From Octopus vulgaris (Eukaryota), in contig OX597814.1 of NCBI GenBank assembly GCA_951406725.2, positions 15,562,001 through 15,626,000 on the forward strand: a stretch of DNA of 64,000 nucleotides, given 5' to 3'. Positions 42,795 through 57,286 of the stretch are shown here, one piece after another (positions within the stretch are counted from its first letter, which is position 1; every line of letters begins with the position of its first letter). The notes beneath the pieces are model-generated. The model was given only the letters and a program-made list of their open reading frames with translations. It was not told where the DNA came from and made no database searches. A program made the translations under genes and the position numbers.

Positions 42795-43181
42795 CAAGTC
42801 CTCCGTCTGTTAATATGGGCCTACTAACGATAAAGGAAACTTCATATAATCAATCAAATTAACCTTGGCCTGAAGATAAAACTAAAACTTCGCTTAGCTA
42901 CTTACTACTTCCGAGGTTCCACTCGCAATGAAACATATGTAGCCGGAGTTTAATCTACGCCATTCCTTAACTTTTGGATTTTTAATCGCATGTACAGTAA
43001 CCCGGGTTGCCAACCGTGAACTATAAAATAATTTCTGTCAGCTTATCATAATTCGATAAGGGAAAAATTCACAACCTTCCGCACCAAAAAACCACTACTG
43101 TTCCTAAAAGTTGGTTTTTAAAATTTCTACAGATTGCTTGAAGCTCACTTTCCTCCTACACCTCGATCCGTGGATCTTACC

Positions 43182-43255
<74 letters not shown>

Positions 43256-43400
43256 GATCGATCTATCTTTTTTATTTCTTTTTTTACGATCCCTTTTGAT
43301 CGAAAACCTACCCCCCTTTTTTTCTCTCTCCCCAAAAAGAAAAGCTCTACTTTGTACTTTGTCCCCTCTGTGTTCAGCCCTGTGTGGGTAATATAGAAAC
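42794..43400 (+). mobile_element. Probable retroelement 3' end sharing the family A tail; contains (TCTA)n
   Basis: Ends tttgtcccctctgtgttcagccctgtgtgggtaatatagaaa; upstream part is unrelated to the SINE head. Confidence 0.45.
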
Positions 43401-43480
43401 ATATCTATCTATCCACCAATCTATCCATAAATATCTATCTATCAATCAGTCCATCTGTCTATCTATCAATCAATCAAACA

Positions 43481-43542
<62 letters not shown>

Positions 43543-46230
43543 ATTTATATATATATATATATATATCTATATATATATTCTGGGCTCAGTCCCACTGTGT
43601 TGCACCTTGGGCAAGTGTCTCCTACTATAGTACTGTATAATAGTGCGGATGACGTTGGAACCAACGTTGAAGGTCTTCTGTCCAGCAGGTACCCCGTCTT
43701 CTTCCAGAGACTGCTTATACTCGAAGTCAGAGTCAGAAAAAAAGGTAAGATAAGTAGGAAAATCGAAATGTGACTGGGTGCTGGAAAACAAAGTGCCACC
43801 TTGGCTTGGCCTGAATCATTAGGAAAGTTTTGTCACAAGGCCAGCGATTTCGTGGGGTAGGGTGAAATCGATTGACCCAGTGCTCAACTGGTACTTATCT
43901 TATCGACCCCGAATGGATTAAAGCCAAATTCGACCTAGGCAGTATTTGAACTAAAATGGTGAAGACGAACCAAATGCTGTCAAGTATTTCGACCGACGTG
44001 CTAACAAATTTGACGTACCAAAGCGATCTGTTCCCAAATATAATGCTTAACTCGAAATCCCCTAACGGAAAAGTAACCCTCAATGATTTCCATATGCATT
44101 GACATCTATGTACATTAATTTACTTGTAATATATAAACTTATGAAAAATGTTTCACGTCACGGGATTTCATGCTACAGTTAAGTGTACAGGAACGTCAAT
44201 TTTCTTTTAAGCGTAATACCTGTAATAATATTGTAAGGCTGAATATGTATATATTTTTTTTAGAAATATGACAGTCAGAATCATTTGTTGACGATTCCCG
44301 TCTCTTCGCAAATTTTCGACAAATTGCTATGTCAAATACATAGCTTTTCTCTGAAATAAAACTTGTGTAATTCGATTTGCATTTTTATATAGCTATAAAC
44401 CGATCTTTTTACGATTGAACGGAGGGGTTATTAGAAAATATGAATGATTTATTTTACTGCAGACGAATTTGATATTACAAAATCAGTTTGTTTTGACACC
44501 AGTATAAGAAGAATACTGTCTCAAAAGGCTATAAAAATAAATCTGGCAACAGAAAATTATATATAATTTTTGTGGTTGATGGTAATGTGATATTTGATGA
44601 TGCAATGATATCTATTAAGATAAACGCAGAAAAATAGGTGAATTATATGACTGTATTCTCGATAACACATAATTATTATACTTGTTCCCGGGTCAAAAAT
44701 GAATAGCATTTAGTAGAGTGACTATTTTAGCGGCTTAACAGTCGAAATCGATTGTACCAAAATGAATTGGACCACCTGAATGTAACTAGTTACGTGAGAT
44801 CCTTATAGGTTATAGATTTAAGCATTAACAACACATTGAAACTGACGAACATTTCGTTAGCTAGGACGCAAGTTGAACGTAAATGACAACATCGTTTCTT
44901 ATAGTGCCCGTATAACCGTTCAGTTATAGAACTCATTCGTGGATGAAGGGGCTAATGACTGGTAATGTTCTAATCCATCGTGTAAGGCCGAAACAAATAG
45001 AACTATGCACGAATTAAAAACCATATGGGACTACGAGAAAGTTTTTATCTTGCTTCTGTCAAACGATAGATAGATTGGTATAAAATTGAATTTAATCGTG
45101 ATATATTTATTTTTAATTATATATTGCCCGATAGACATCAAACAAGACACATGTTCAGATATTCGGCTACAGAATAAATTTAATTTCGAGAATAAATTTC
45201 ATTTCTGGACATATAAAAGGAAGGATAAATTAATGATCTGTGAAACAAGAAGAGCAATTTCTACCCAGACTTAACTAATTTGTCTGTCTCATTTTCTTAT
45301 GCCCTAGCCTCACTTCTGATAATTTACTTACAGTTCTTAACAGTGTCAACTACAGTTAGTTCTGAAATAGCTTTCTGAAAAGATCAATCACATTCGATCA
45401 CCAAAGGACCTTACGCTTCAGTGAAAATCTTGAAAGGTACTTTAAATTACATCAGTGTATTGAAGATGGTATAGAATTCACTGCTCTAAATAGAGGTTAA
45501 TGACAATATTTTAATAATAAAAGAAATAGTTGCGAGCGCTGTAATGTTAGAGAAGTTTCCAATGAGCCGAATTAGAGATACGGTTCCGATTACTGGTTGC
45601 CAGCCATTTCATTTTACTTGCATCACTGATTCTGTTTACCTTAAAATGTATAGGCTTATGCCAATTTACGAAATTTACAAGAATATAAGTGTGGATGGAT
45701 ATTGTAGAAAGAAGTTAATAGATTCATGGCTGTACTACTCTGTTACTTATCTAATTTTAATGAAATTAGTAACGGTTTAATATATGTTATTGCATAGCGC
45801 CGATTCAGGACGGAAGTAGCAGATCGAACGACTGGTTGTGCAGCCACAGACTCAATGCTCCAATATATAATACTTTTGTCTGTTTAAGAATTACGTTATA
45901 CATCACAACAGGCAAGACTGTAATATTTTGGGACGCAGTGTGACATCTAGCATATTGGATTTTCTCTTCTTTATATTATTTAATATGAATGTAGTCACAC
46001 CAGAAACCGTTAAAGATGTCTATATCGGAATATGACTATTGATGTTCTTTTGAACTTATTCTTGTCTCGATTAACATCTCAGCAGGATTCACCAGATCGT
46101 CTACATTTAGTGATGCCACTTCCGTTCTAGTATATATTTCGTGCACATAGTATTTATCAGCACTGAACTGCATGACAAGCGTTTTTTCTATAATTTATCT
46201 ATAAATATAATATGTGACAATTAGTTCGTT

Positions 46231-46300
46231 GTCATAATAAAACTCAGAGTTTCGGATGCCGGGCTGAAGCCTGCTCCGGCATCTCATCAGTTATTAAGAC
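46231..46300 (-). ncRNA. Type I hammerhead ribozyme
   Basis: Minus strand: GUCUUAAUAA-CUGAUGA-GAUGCCGG..CCGGCAUC-C-GAAA-CUC-U-GAG-UU-UUAUUAUGAC; stem I 9/10 bp, stem II 8 bp. Confidence 0.85.
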
Positions 46301-46502
46301 AAACAAAAACGCTTACTCAAATAACGGCCGTTTCCTTTTCTCATTACCTAAACCATTAATTCTATAGCCTTCAAAGAAACCAATACAATAGACTACCATT
46401 CACATACAACCTGCACTACATTCTGTTCTTTCCCCAACCTCCCACCTCTACGATTGTCACTCCCTACTAGCCTCTTTATTAACCTTGTATCTATGTATCT
46501 AT

Positions 46503-46845
46503 GTGAAGGCGCATGGCTCAGTGGTTAGAGCGTTGAGCTTACGATCGTGAGGTTGTGAGCTCGAATCCCGGTCCGGGCTGCGTGTTGTGTTCTTGAGCAA
46601 GGCACTTTATTTCACGTTGCTCCAGTTCACTCAGCTGTAGAAATGAGTTGCGACGTCACTGGTGCCAAGCTGTATCGACCTTTGTCTTTCCCTTGGATAA
46701 CACTCAGTGGCGTGGAGAGGGGAGGCTGGTATGCATGGGCGACTGCTGGTCTTCCATATACAACCTTGCCCGGACTTGTGTCTAGGAGGGTAACTTTCTA
46801 GGTGCAATCCCATGGTCATTCATGACCGAAGGGGGTCTTTACCCT
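46503..46845 (+). mobile_element. tRNA-derived SINE (B-related head, CORE-like ttgagcaaggcacttt domain)
   Basis: tggctcagtggttagagc A-box, gctcgaatccc B-box; tatctatgtatc on both flanks. Confidence 0.88.
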
Positions 46846-47217
46846 TTATCTATGTATCGATATGTGTGTTTCTCCCCACTGCCGCTTGACAACCGGTTTT
46901 TGGTGTGCTTACGATCCCGTAACTTAGCGGATCGGCAAAAAGGACCCGATGAAACAAGCACCAGGCTTAAAATCAAAATAAGTCCTGGAGTCCTGCGGTG
47001 CCCCAGCATGGTCGCAGGGAAATGACTGAAACAAGAAAAAGAAAAAGATATATGATTGCAGATTATTTATGCATTGTTCGTCTATGATTTGAACCCTGTA
47101 ATTAATTAGAAATTGTACTTTATATTTATTCAAGTTAAAACTATTTCAATATATTTTCTCACTTTACTTGGTTTTCATTTCTAGATAGGGAAGGCATGAG
47201 CACCGCAACTGTTATAT

Positions 47218-47430
47218 ATTTCTTTACTACCCACAAGGGGCTAAACATAGAGGGGACAAACAAGGACAGACAAAGGGATTAAGTCGACTACATCGACCCC
47301 AGTGCGTAACTGGTACTTAATTTATCGACCCCGAAAGGATGAAAGGTAAAGTCGATCTCGGCGGAATTTGAATTCGGAACGTAGCGACAGACGAAATACG
47401 GCTACGAATTTTGCCCGGCGTGCTAACGTT
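47218..47430 (-). mobile_element. SINE family A, slightly 5'-truncated
   Basis: Family A on the minus strand. Confidence 0.9.
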
Positions 47431-47466
47431 ATAGTTTCGTTTACATGAATAACATAGTAATTCCAA

Positions 47467-47498
47467 TTGTTCGAAATACCAATTGGTATTTCGAACAA
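47467..47498. repeat. Perfect 32-bp palindrome
   Basis: ttgttcgaaataccaattggtatttcgaacaa. Confidence 0.95.
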
Positions 47499-48079
47499 AA
47501 GATAAAATTCTAGCGAATGCGTCTATGGGTATTATTTAGGAACTTAGAGCTACCAACTGGCAAGCAAACATAATTTGTGCAAACAATGGATTTGCCGTAA
47601 CAGAAGTGATGGTTCTTCTATTAGACAAATATTACTATATTCATTAATATTAAGACCTCATTAACGGCAGTTGTTTCACCTTTACCATATGAACTTGCCC
47701 TCCAGTTTGGTTTTGAATATGGCACTGAAGAGATGAAAAAGTACGTTTGATTTCAGTCGTTAATAAATAGATGAAGATATTACGTGTTTTTGAAATCGGT
47801 AATGCATTGGTGAATATGTTAACACGTTTTCCCATGTATTACTCGGCAACATATCTGAAGTTGATATGCTTTTAACCAAGCATAACTCGTGTTTTCAGAT
47901 GTTCTTGCTCATGTATTGTCAGCCGTAACTTTTCTTAAGTTGGTGAGATGAACTGTTAGAATTCAAAAATCAGGTTTCAATGTCCGTGTTTGTGTATGTG
48001 TGGGTATATATACGTATATATACATATATGGACACACACATTATCATTAGTATTATCATTATTATTATCATTATTATTA

Positions 48080-48128
<49 letters not shown>

Positions 48129-48132
48129 CATC

Positions 48133-49618
<1,486 letters not shown>

Positions 49619-49640
49619 CATCATCATCATTATTATTATC

Positions 49641-50144
49641 GAGTGAGAGAGCAGAGCATGCTATCAAAGTGACACTGGGGTAAAATATACGAAGCCCAGT
49701 GTGGCCATCATGACTACCCGTCTGATAAGGGTACACTAGGCACATGGATCACAACCATATTTGCACGACATGGTGATCTCATATCAAGATAAACGGCACA
49801 TGACCTTGCAGGTGGGGCCCAGTTAGAATTTTCTTCTGATCGAGTAACCCATCACGCTCAAAAGGTCCTTGAATAAGGGTTGTTTAAGGATGTTGAATTA
49901 AACACCTATGTTTCCAGAGGTGAATTATTCAAACCCCAAAGAATCCCTCTCAACACATGGCTACGATGCTCCCCCACTACTTCTGCTCGTGATCAGAGAT
50001 GCACATATCATCAGCCACTAAGGGACATGATCAACTGGTTAAGGTCAAACACCTGACGAGCAAATCTGTGGTATTGTGCAGAATATTTACTGTAGCCCAT
50101 CTTTTATACCAAGACAAAACAACGTACATGATAACACTTCCAAT
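49641..50144 (-). mobile_element. Family D element between (TTA)n tracts
   Basis: Reverse complement of about 18343-18846. Confidence 0.88.
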
Positions 50145-50161
50145 CATCATCATCATCATCA

Positions 50162-50261
<100 letters not shown>

Positions 50262-50298
50262 CATCATTATTATTATGATCATCATCATTATTATTATT

Positions 50299-50823
50299 GA
50301 GTGAGATAGTAGTGCATGCCATCAAAGTAGCACTGGGGTAAAATATACGAAGCACAATATATTCATCACGTCTGATAAGGGTACACCAGGCACATGCATC
50401 ACAACCACATGTGCGTGACATGGTTATCTCATATTCTTATAAACAGCACATAAACTTGCAGATGGGGCCCAGTTAGAATTTTCTTCAGGTCGAGTAACCC
50501 ATCCCACTCAAAAGGTTCCTGAATAAGGGTAGTTTAAGGAAGTTGAACGAAACACCCATCTTTCCAAAGGTGAATTATCCAAACCCCAAAGAATTATTTT
50601 CAACACATGGCTACGAAGCTTTTCCACTACTTCTGATCTTGAGCAGAGATGCATATATCGTCAGTTACTAAGGGACATGTTCAACTGACAATCAAATCCG
50701 TGGTATTGAACAGAATATGTGCTGTGGCCCACCTTTTTACAAATAAAATCAATGTAGATGATAACACTTCCAGTCAGTTAAGATGAGAAGCTATGACAGC
50801 CACTGATTAATACTGCATCAGAG

Positions 50824-50828
<5 letters not shown>
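50299..50828 (-). mobile_element. Family D element between (TTA)n tracts
   Basis: Homologous to 49641-50144, more diverged. Confidence 0.88.
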
Positions 50829-50900
<72 letters not shown>

Positions 50901-50939
50901 ATTGTTGTTGTTGTTGTTGTTATTATTATTATTGTTATT

Positions 50940-51141
50940 GTTAGCACGTCGGACGAATTGCGTAACCGTATTTCGTCTGCCGTTACGTTCTGAGTTCAAA
51001 TTCCGCCGAGGTCGACTTTGCCTTTCATCCTTTCGGGGTCGATAAATTAAGTACCAGTTACGCAGTGGGGTCGATGCAATCGACTTAATACCTTTGTTTG
51101 TCCCCTCTGTGTTTAGCCCCTTGTGGGTAATAAAGAAATAG
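50940..51141 (+). mobile_element. SINE family A, 5'-truncated, within (TTA)n
   Basis: Family A match. Confidence 0.9.
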
Positions 51142-51159
51142 TTATTGTTATTATTATTA

Positions 51160-51465
51160 CAGTCACACTGGGGTATAAATATACGAAACCCAATGTACCC
51201 ATCATGACTATCTCTTTGATAAGGGCACACCAGGCACATGCATCACAGTCATATGTGCGCGGCATAATAACATCATATTAAGATATGAGGGTTGGGTCCA
51301 GTTAGAATTTTCTTCTGGTCATGTACCCCATTCTTCTCATCTTAACTGACTGGAAGTGTTATCATCTCAATTTTCTTCTGGACATGTATCCCATTCTGCT
51401 CAAAATGTCCCTGAATCCTTGAACGAAATACCCATGTTTCCAAAGGGGAATTATTCAAACCCCAG
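51160..51465 (-). mobile_element. Rearranged family D fragment
   Basis: agtcacactggggtataaatatacgaa... blocks match family D. Confidence 0.75.
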
Positions 51466-51469
51466 ACGG

Positions 51470-52063
51470 ATCCGGCTGTCATCTGAGTTTGTAGTGATGA
51501 TCGCACCGCCATCCTCCTTCAATCAGGCAGGCAAAGCAGTTTTTCTTTGCCTGATGGTTGTGGCGAAAGAGGTTGTTGGTGGACAAGGCTGAAAGGCCTG
51601 AGGACAGATACATTCCTCTTTGATAGAGCTCTCATTAACTTGAAAAGGCAATTGAAAGTAGAGAGGGAAGTGCTGTACTTGGGTGAGTTTATCGAAAGGT
51701 GTGTGAAAGTTGTGAAAATGGCAAGAGTGAATGTTACCTCTCTAAGTCTAGACCTGTGAATCGGAGAGAAGGAATTCGAAAGGACACTTGCTCCTGGGTT
51801 TTCCGTGAAATCTCGGACGGTGGGTTTTCTCGATTATCTGTCGAGGCCTTACCGTATCAAGAAGGCCACAACTCTACCATCTTCCCTTCCACTGTTTTTA
51901 AACCTTTGCATGCTATTCATATGTTCCTTCTTTTTCAGTGCATAACGTGAATACTTTCTTTCTTTCATTTTTATTTTTATCATTTCTAATGTAAACCCCC
52001 CACACTTTATGTCTGTCCTTGGATTGTTCCCCTCATCCTTCGCCCTTGTGGCAAATAAATGAA
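51470..52063 (+). mobile_element. 3' end of an L1/Tx1-like LINE (decayed ORF2 C-terminus plus 3' UTR)
   Basis: LKRQLKVEREVL...FIERCVKV resembles Tx1-type C-termini; the 3' UTR ends like the family A SINE tail. Confidence 0.55.
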
Positions 52064-52329
52064 GTAATTATCATTATTATTTTTTTGTTTGTTATTATTA
52101 TTGAAGCAGCTAGCTAACAGAATTTTTTGCTCATCGGGCAAAATCGTATTTATGTTCTGAGTTCAAATACCACCGAGGTCGACTTTGCTTTTCATCTTCT
52201 TGGGGTCGGAAAAATAAGTACCAGTTAAGTGTTGAGGTTGATGAAATTGATTTGTCCCCTTCCTCGAAATAGCTAGTTTTGTGCCAAAATTCGAAACCAT
52301 TATTGTATCACTTTTATTACAATACTGAT

Positions 52330-53255
52330 TATGGCGGAGTTAAGAGATTGAATGCTGTTATGAGTGAGTTGATTGACTTCTCCCACGACTACGTCCCTTT
52401 CATAATAGTCCAGTGGATTGCGGCTTGGTGAGCTAGGAGGCTATGTGTGTCTGGGAGAAGATGACCATAGAGATAGACAAGAATCTACGCTGGGATTGTC
52501 GTAACCTGATGAGATGGTACTGACTCATATTGGAAGACGTACGGTGTTCCGGTGTGCACTGTGTCTATCCAGGGCCTCACAACTTTCTCCAACTTCTCTG
52601 TGTAGACAGTGGCATTGACTCTTAAACCTTTGAAAATAAGTGAGGGGGAATGACATCTCTTTCGTTGCTAATGACGCCTAGAACCATTACAGTCGCTGGG
52701 AACTTAGTATACATAACTGTCGGAACCTCGTTAGGGTCTCTTTATAACCATCTGTCGTTCCTTCGGTTTACGTTTTGGTCCAGATGGAAGTTTTTATCAT
52801 CGGAAGAAAACCAAAGCTTTCCGGTCTCTGGGTGTTTTAGCCTGTTTAGCAAGTGCTTTGCCCGGATCGAAGGATTCGCTCTTGTTAAATTCGACATAAA
52901 ATGAGCCCTCCGCAAATGTTCTGATTGACTTTCTGGTGTTTTCATCTATCATTTCTTCGACCTTTTGTAAAAAGCAATATCTTCTGAGGGTATTAGGATA
53001 TTGTGCATGCGTTTTGCGTTCAGCTGCTATTCAGCAACTTCCAGCGCCTTTGGAACTTTGACAACGAAGGATCAGGCAAATTTCTCTATCATTATTCTGT
53101 ATTTTTAAGGCAGCGATTAGAACATGCCTTTCGATTTTCTGAGTCAACCTGATTGATGTCTGGTATTGTTTCTCTGAAAAATAAAGCAAACAGAAAGTTA
53201 GAAGAAACCTAGAGCTTTTGAAAGAAGTGTCCTCAAAACACAGACGTATCCTGTG
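52330..53255 (-). mobile_element. Tc1/mariner-superfamily (DD37D/maT-like) transposase relic
   Basis: LWFSSDDKNFHLDQNVNRRNDRW, VMVLGVIS, GLRVNATVY, PYVFQ, PPSS..NPLDY. Confidence 0.8.
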
Positions 53256-53401
53256 TATGGATATATATAGATGTATATTAGAATGCTTAATATAATTGAA
53301 TTAGGAATTTAAATGTATTGTTTCTCTCCTATTAATAAGTACAAAAACGGCTACGTCTTCCGGTGAACTGCTCATGTTTTATTGACCACTCTTCAGAGAA
53401 G

Positions 53402-53727
53402 TATTAATAGTTATCGCCAAGCTACTATGGCAGTCCAGAAATATAGGACAAATGCTGCAGTTGATTAGCTCCAAGAGGCCATTGTCTCTAGCTAGCTTTG
53501 TGACACACGAACCTGTGCCTATTATAACCTTCGAACAGGGGTGGTCAGCCGCTTCTCCTTGCTGGTCAGGCATCTGCAAACTAGTCTCCCCTGTTCGAAG
53601 GTTATAATGGACACATATTCGTGTGTCACGTAGCTAACTAGAGGCGATAGCCTCTTGGAGCAAATCAACGGCAACATTCGTCCTATATTTCTGGACTGCT
53701 ATATTAGCTTGGCGATAACTATTAATA
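53402..53727. repeat. Long hairpin: ~140-bp inverted arms, 46-nt loop (MITE/foldback-like)
   Basis: 53402-53541 versus reverse complement of 53588-53727, about 16 mismatches, no indels seen. Confidence 0.92.
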
Positions 53728-54229
53728 TCCAGTACCGCTGCCGTAGTCTCCTTTAGAGAGACTTAGAAATATTAATATTTCAATCTTCAGAGAAGGCTTA
53801 CCTGAAATTCTTTTCTAATCAGCAGTATACTTAGCTTCATTCACATATGTGTCGCTTGAAGCCTCGCTATTAATTGCATATCTATTTTCTGCATACCAGA
53901 GTGTAAATCAGGATAGCTGAAATGAATTTAATTAAAAATAATCTAATTGAACTATCCAGTACTGAGATTTCCTAACTTATAACTGCATTAGAGCAGGACT
54001 TCCTATCAGAATACTTACTCTCCTATTTTCCTGCACAACTGTAGTATAAGAAAGAATGTATTTACTTCTACTTCAGCCTCAGACCGGCTTTGTAATAGTT
54101 AAATATATTTCAGTTTCTCTGATTTACTCTTGCTATGCCAAATAAACTCATATATTATGTTATTTGCATACATGCATAAAAGCGCAAATACACACGCACA
54201 CACTTACAAACAACCTCACATATACATAC

Positions 54230-54269
<40 letters not shown>

Positions 54270-54270
<1 letters not shown>

Positions 54271-54630
54271 CTCTTATTACTCTTTTACTTGTTTCAGTCA
54301 TGTGACTTATTCTTTGTAAGCCTAGTACTTATTCTATCGGTCTCTTTTGACGAGCCGCAAAATTACGGGGACATAAACACACCAGCATCGGTTGTCAAGC
54401 GTGTTGGGGGGGGAGCAAACACAGACTCACAAGCATATACACACACATACATATATATATACATATATACGACGGGCTTCTTTCAGTTTTCGTCTACCAA
54501 ATCCACACACAAGGCTTTGGTCGGCCCGAGGCTATAGTAGAGGACACTTGCCCAAGGTGCCACACAGTGGGACTGAACCGGGAACCATGTGGTTGGTAAG
54601 CAAGCTACTTACCACATTGCTACTGCAACG
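54270..54630 (-). mobile_element. SINE family C, internally deleted
   Basis: Family C on the minus strand. Confidence 0.9.
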
Positions 54631-54639
54631 TCTATAATA

Positions 54640-54850
54640 TATGTGTTGTGTATCGTTGGCGATTTTTTTCCCTCCGTCTTCCCTTCCTTGGATCTTTCCT
54701 TTTCCTATGTTTCTGACGAAGGGCTCCATTCGAAACGTTAAATCCTCCTTCTTTCTTTCCTTTCCTGAGCGTCCAATAACACTATACTTGTTCCACGTTC
54801 TCGCGTTGCTGTGTTTTCTCTTTGTGATTTCATATTTGGATTAACTAACT
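54640..54850 (+). mobile_element. Penelope pseudo-LTR-like fragment (H1) with minimal HHR at 54709-54743
   Basis: GUUU-CUGACGA-A-GGGC(UCC)AUUC-GAAA-CG-UU-AAAU; followed by (TA)n. Confidence 0.7.
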
Positions 54851-54984
54851 ATATATATATATATATACATATATACATATATATACATATACATAAATAT
54901 ACACACACACATATATATATATACTTATATGTACATACGTATATATATTCATATATATATATATATATATATACATATATACAT

Positions 54985-55044
<60 letters not shown>

Positions 55045-55072
55045 AAAATAATATGTTACATTACTCAATAGT

Positions 55073-55138
55073 CAAGATACAACTCTGAGTTTCAGATGCC
55101 GAAGTGGAAATCCACAACACCATCTCTTCGGTTATCTT
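55073..55138 (-). ncRNA. Degenerate hammerhead motif related to 46231-46300
   Basis: Minus strand: AAGAUAA-CCGAAGA-GAUG..CAUC-U-GAAA-CUC-A-GAG-UU-GUAUCUU; lies in a short insert between (TA)n tracts. Confidence 0.55.
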
Positions 55139-55220
55139 CGGCATCTATTTACATAATATTGAGGCATCTTTCTTTCTTTTGTTATCTTACCGTTTTTACC
55201 AATATATATATATATATGTA

Positions 55221-55293
<73 letters not shown>

Positions 55294-56412
55294 ATAAACA
55301 CGTAAACTTTAACATGCAAAATATACCGACACACAAACGCATACATGTAAACTAAATAACTTATAAGTGTTCAAGTTTTTCAATAAAGCAGTATTTTTTC
55401 AGTGATCTATTGTACTTGGAATTGGAAGAGTTTCATTAATATGGATTTACACTTGACGTTTTATCTCTGCAGATTTCTTGTTCAGAAACGTAGTCATCAG
55501 CGATGTGTGTGCCTGCGTACATGTGTATACCCGTGCGTGTATGTGTGTGCGCACATATGTGTGTGTGTGTGTATTTACGTGTACGTTCCTATGCATGTGT
55601 ATTTATTTGTGTATGCATATATGCATGATGCACAAACACATATACACGCACAAATACATATACATATATATATATCTATATATCTATATAAATATATATA
55701 TACATATACATATGAATACATACATATACATATATATACATACACACACGCGCAAACACACACACACATACACACACACACATATATATGAAGCACAATG
55801 CAACTGATTGTACTTCCTTAACCAAATGCTAGAGATAAATAATGTTGCGTGCACAGGCACTCACACACACACACACACACCACACACACGCACACCACAC
55901 ACACACACAACACACACTCACACACACACACAAGCACACTCATACCCACTTATGGATATACACATATATATTCACATAAGTAAGAGTAAATATCTGGTAT
56001 ATTTCTTCTTAATACAACTGATAGTTGAGGTTGCTTGTTTAGATAAAATAACTGATATTATTTTTTTCTGCACAAGACAATCATAAAAACAAACGAACGC
56101 TTTATTTCTTCTGCTAACAAAGCAGAAACAATTGCCTAAAAAGTAACATTTATTGATTCATACAAAACATTTGCCGTTTGAAATACAGAAATGTTAAAAC
56201 CAAAAAGAATATATTAATATACGTTTATATTAAGTTATACTGCTAAGGCGCTGAATAGGTGGCATTAACGCATTGAAAAAGATGGCAAGTGGCATAACTG
56301 TTTGCACACAGAGCAAAGCTTATAGCAGCATTTCGTTCGTCTTTATGATCTCAGCTCAAATTCCACCGAGGTCGACTTTGCCTTTCGTCCTTCGCGTTCC
56401 ATAAAATAAGTA

Positions 56413-56962
56413 TTGGGTTGTCCGGAAAGTTCGTGCCGATTTTTAAAGGAAACAAAAAGGTCAATAAATACTTGCCATTACCTTTTTAATCAACCAACTA
56501 TGAAACATTTTGTTGCACAATGCGTCTCCATCTTTCCTTTAGCTTGAAAATACCCTCTTCCCAGAACTGAGATGGCAAAGAATTCATCAAGCTATCTTTT
56601 TACGTCATCCAAGGGATTGAAATTTTCACCATTAAGACTATTCTGCAGAGACCTGAATAAGTGGAAATCCGAAGGAGCAATATGTGGTGAATAAGTGAGG
56701 GTGGGGTAACACATGCCAGCCGAGCTGTAGCAATTTTTGTCTGGTTCCCAAAGCATCAAGTGCCGAAAATGCACTTTCTTATCTTTCATTTTAAAGGGTT
56801 ACAGAATTAACACAGGTTATAACATTCTTCCACGAAAATATAGCTTAAACTGTACTCTAAATGGAAGTGTAGTCAAATCCTATTTTATCGACTCAACTAT
56901 GTTCTAAAATTAGTCGAAAAGTAAGCTACTATAAATCGGCACGAACTTTCCGGACAACCCAA
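56413..56962 (-). mobile_element. Internally deleted mariner with perfect TIRs and TA TSD, inserted in a family A-like SINE (~56280-57045)
   Basis: TA|ttgggttgtccggaaagttcgtgccgattt ... aaatcggcacgaactttccggacaacccaa|TA; ORF fuses MKDKKVHFRHLMLWE to YSPHIAPSDFHLFRSLQN. Confidence 0.95.
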
Positions 56963-57286
56963 TACTTGTTGGATACTGGAGTCGTTGTAATTGACTTAAC
57001 CATTCTCACCAAAATTTCAGGCTTTGTACCCAGAGTAGAAAAGACTATTAAAGCATTGAATAATGTGACGAGCTGGCAGAATCTCTAATACTTCGGACGG
57101 GATGCTTTCCTGTATTTTGTGTTTCATAGCTAGCGACACCTCGGAAGTAGTAAATTATCCCAACGAGGGGTAGACCGCAAACTACTCTTCAGGCCAAGTA
57201 TACCTTGATCATATGAAATTTACATTGTCATTAGATCTCGTGATCGAATCTTCAACGAGTTACACGCATATATATATATATACATG

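Noticed and set aside
45334-45436. Putative AG...GT exon
   Set aside because: Stops in all three frames; a non-coding exon cannot be assessed without RNA data
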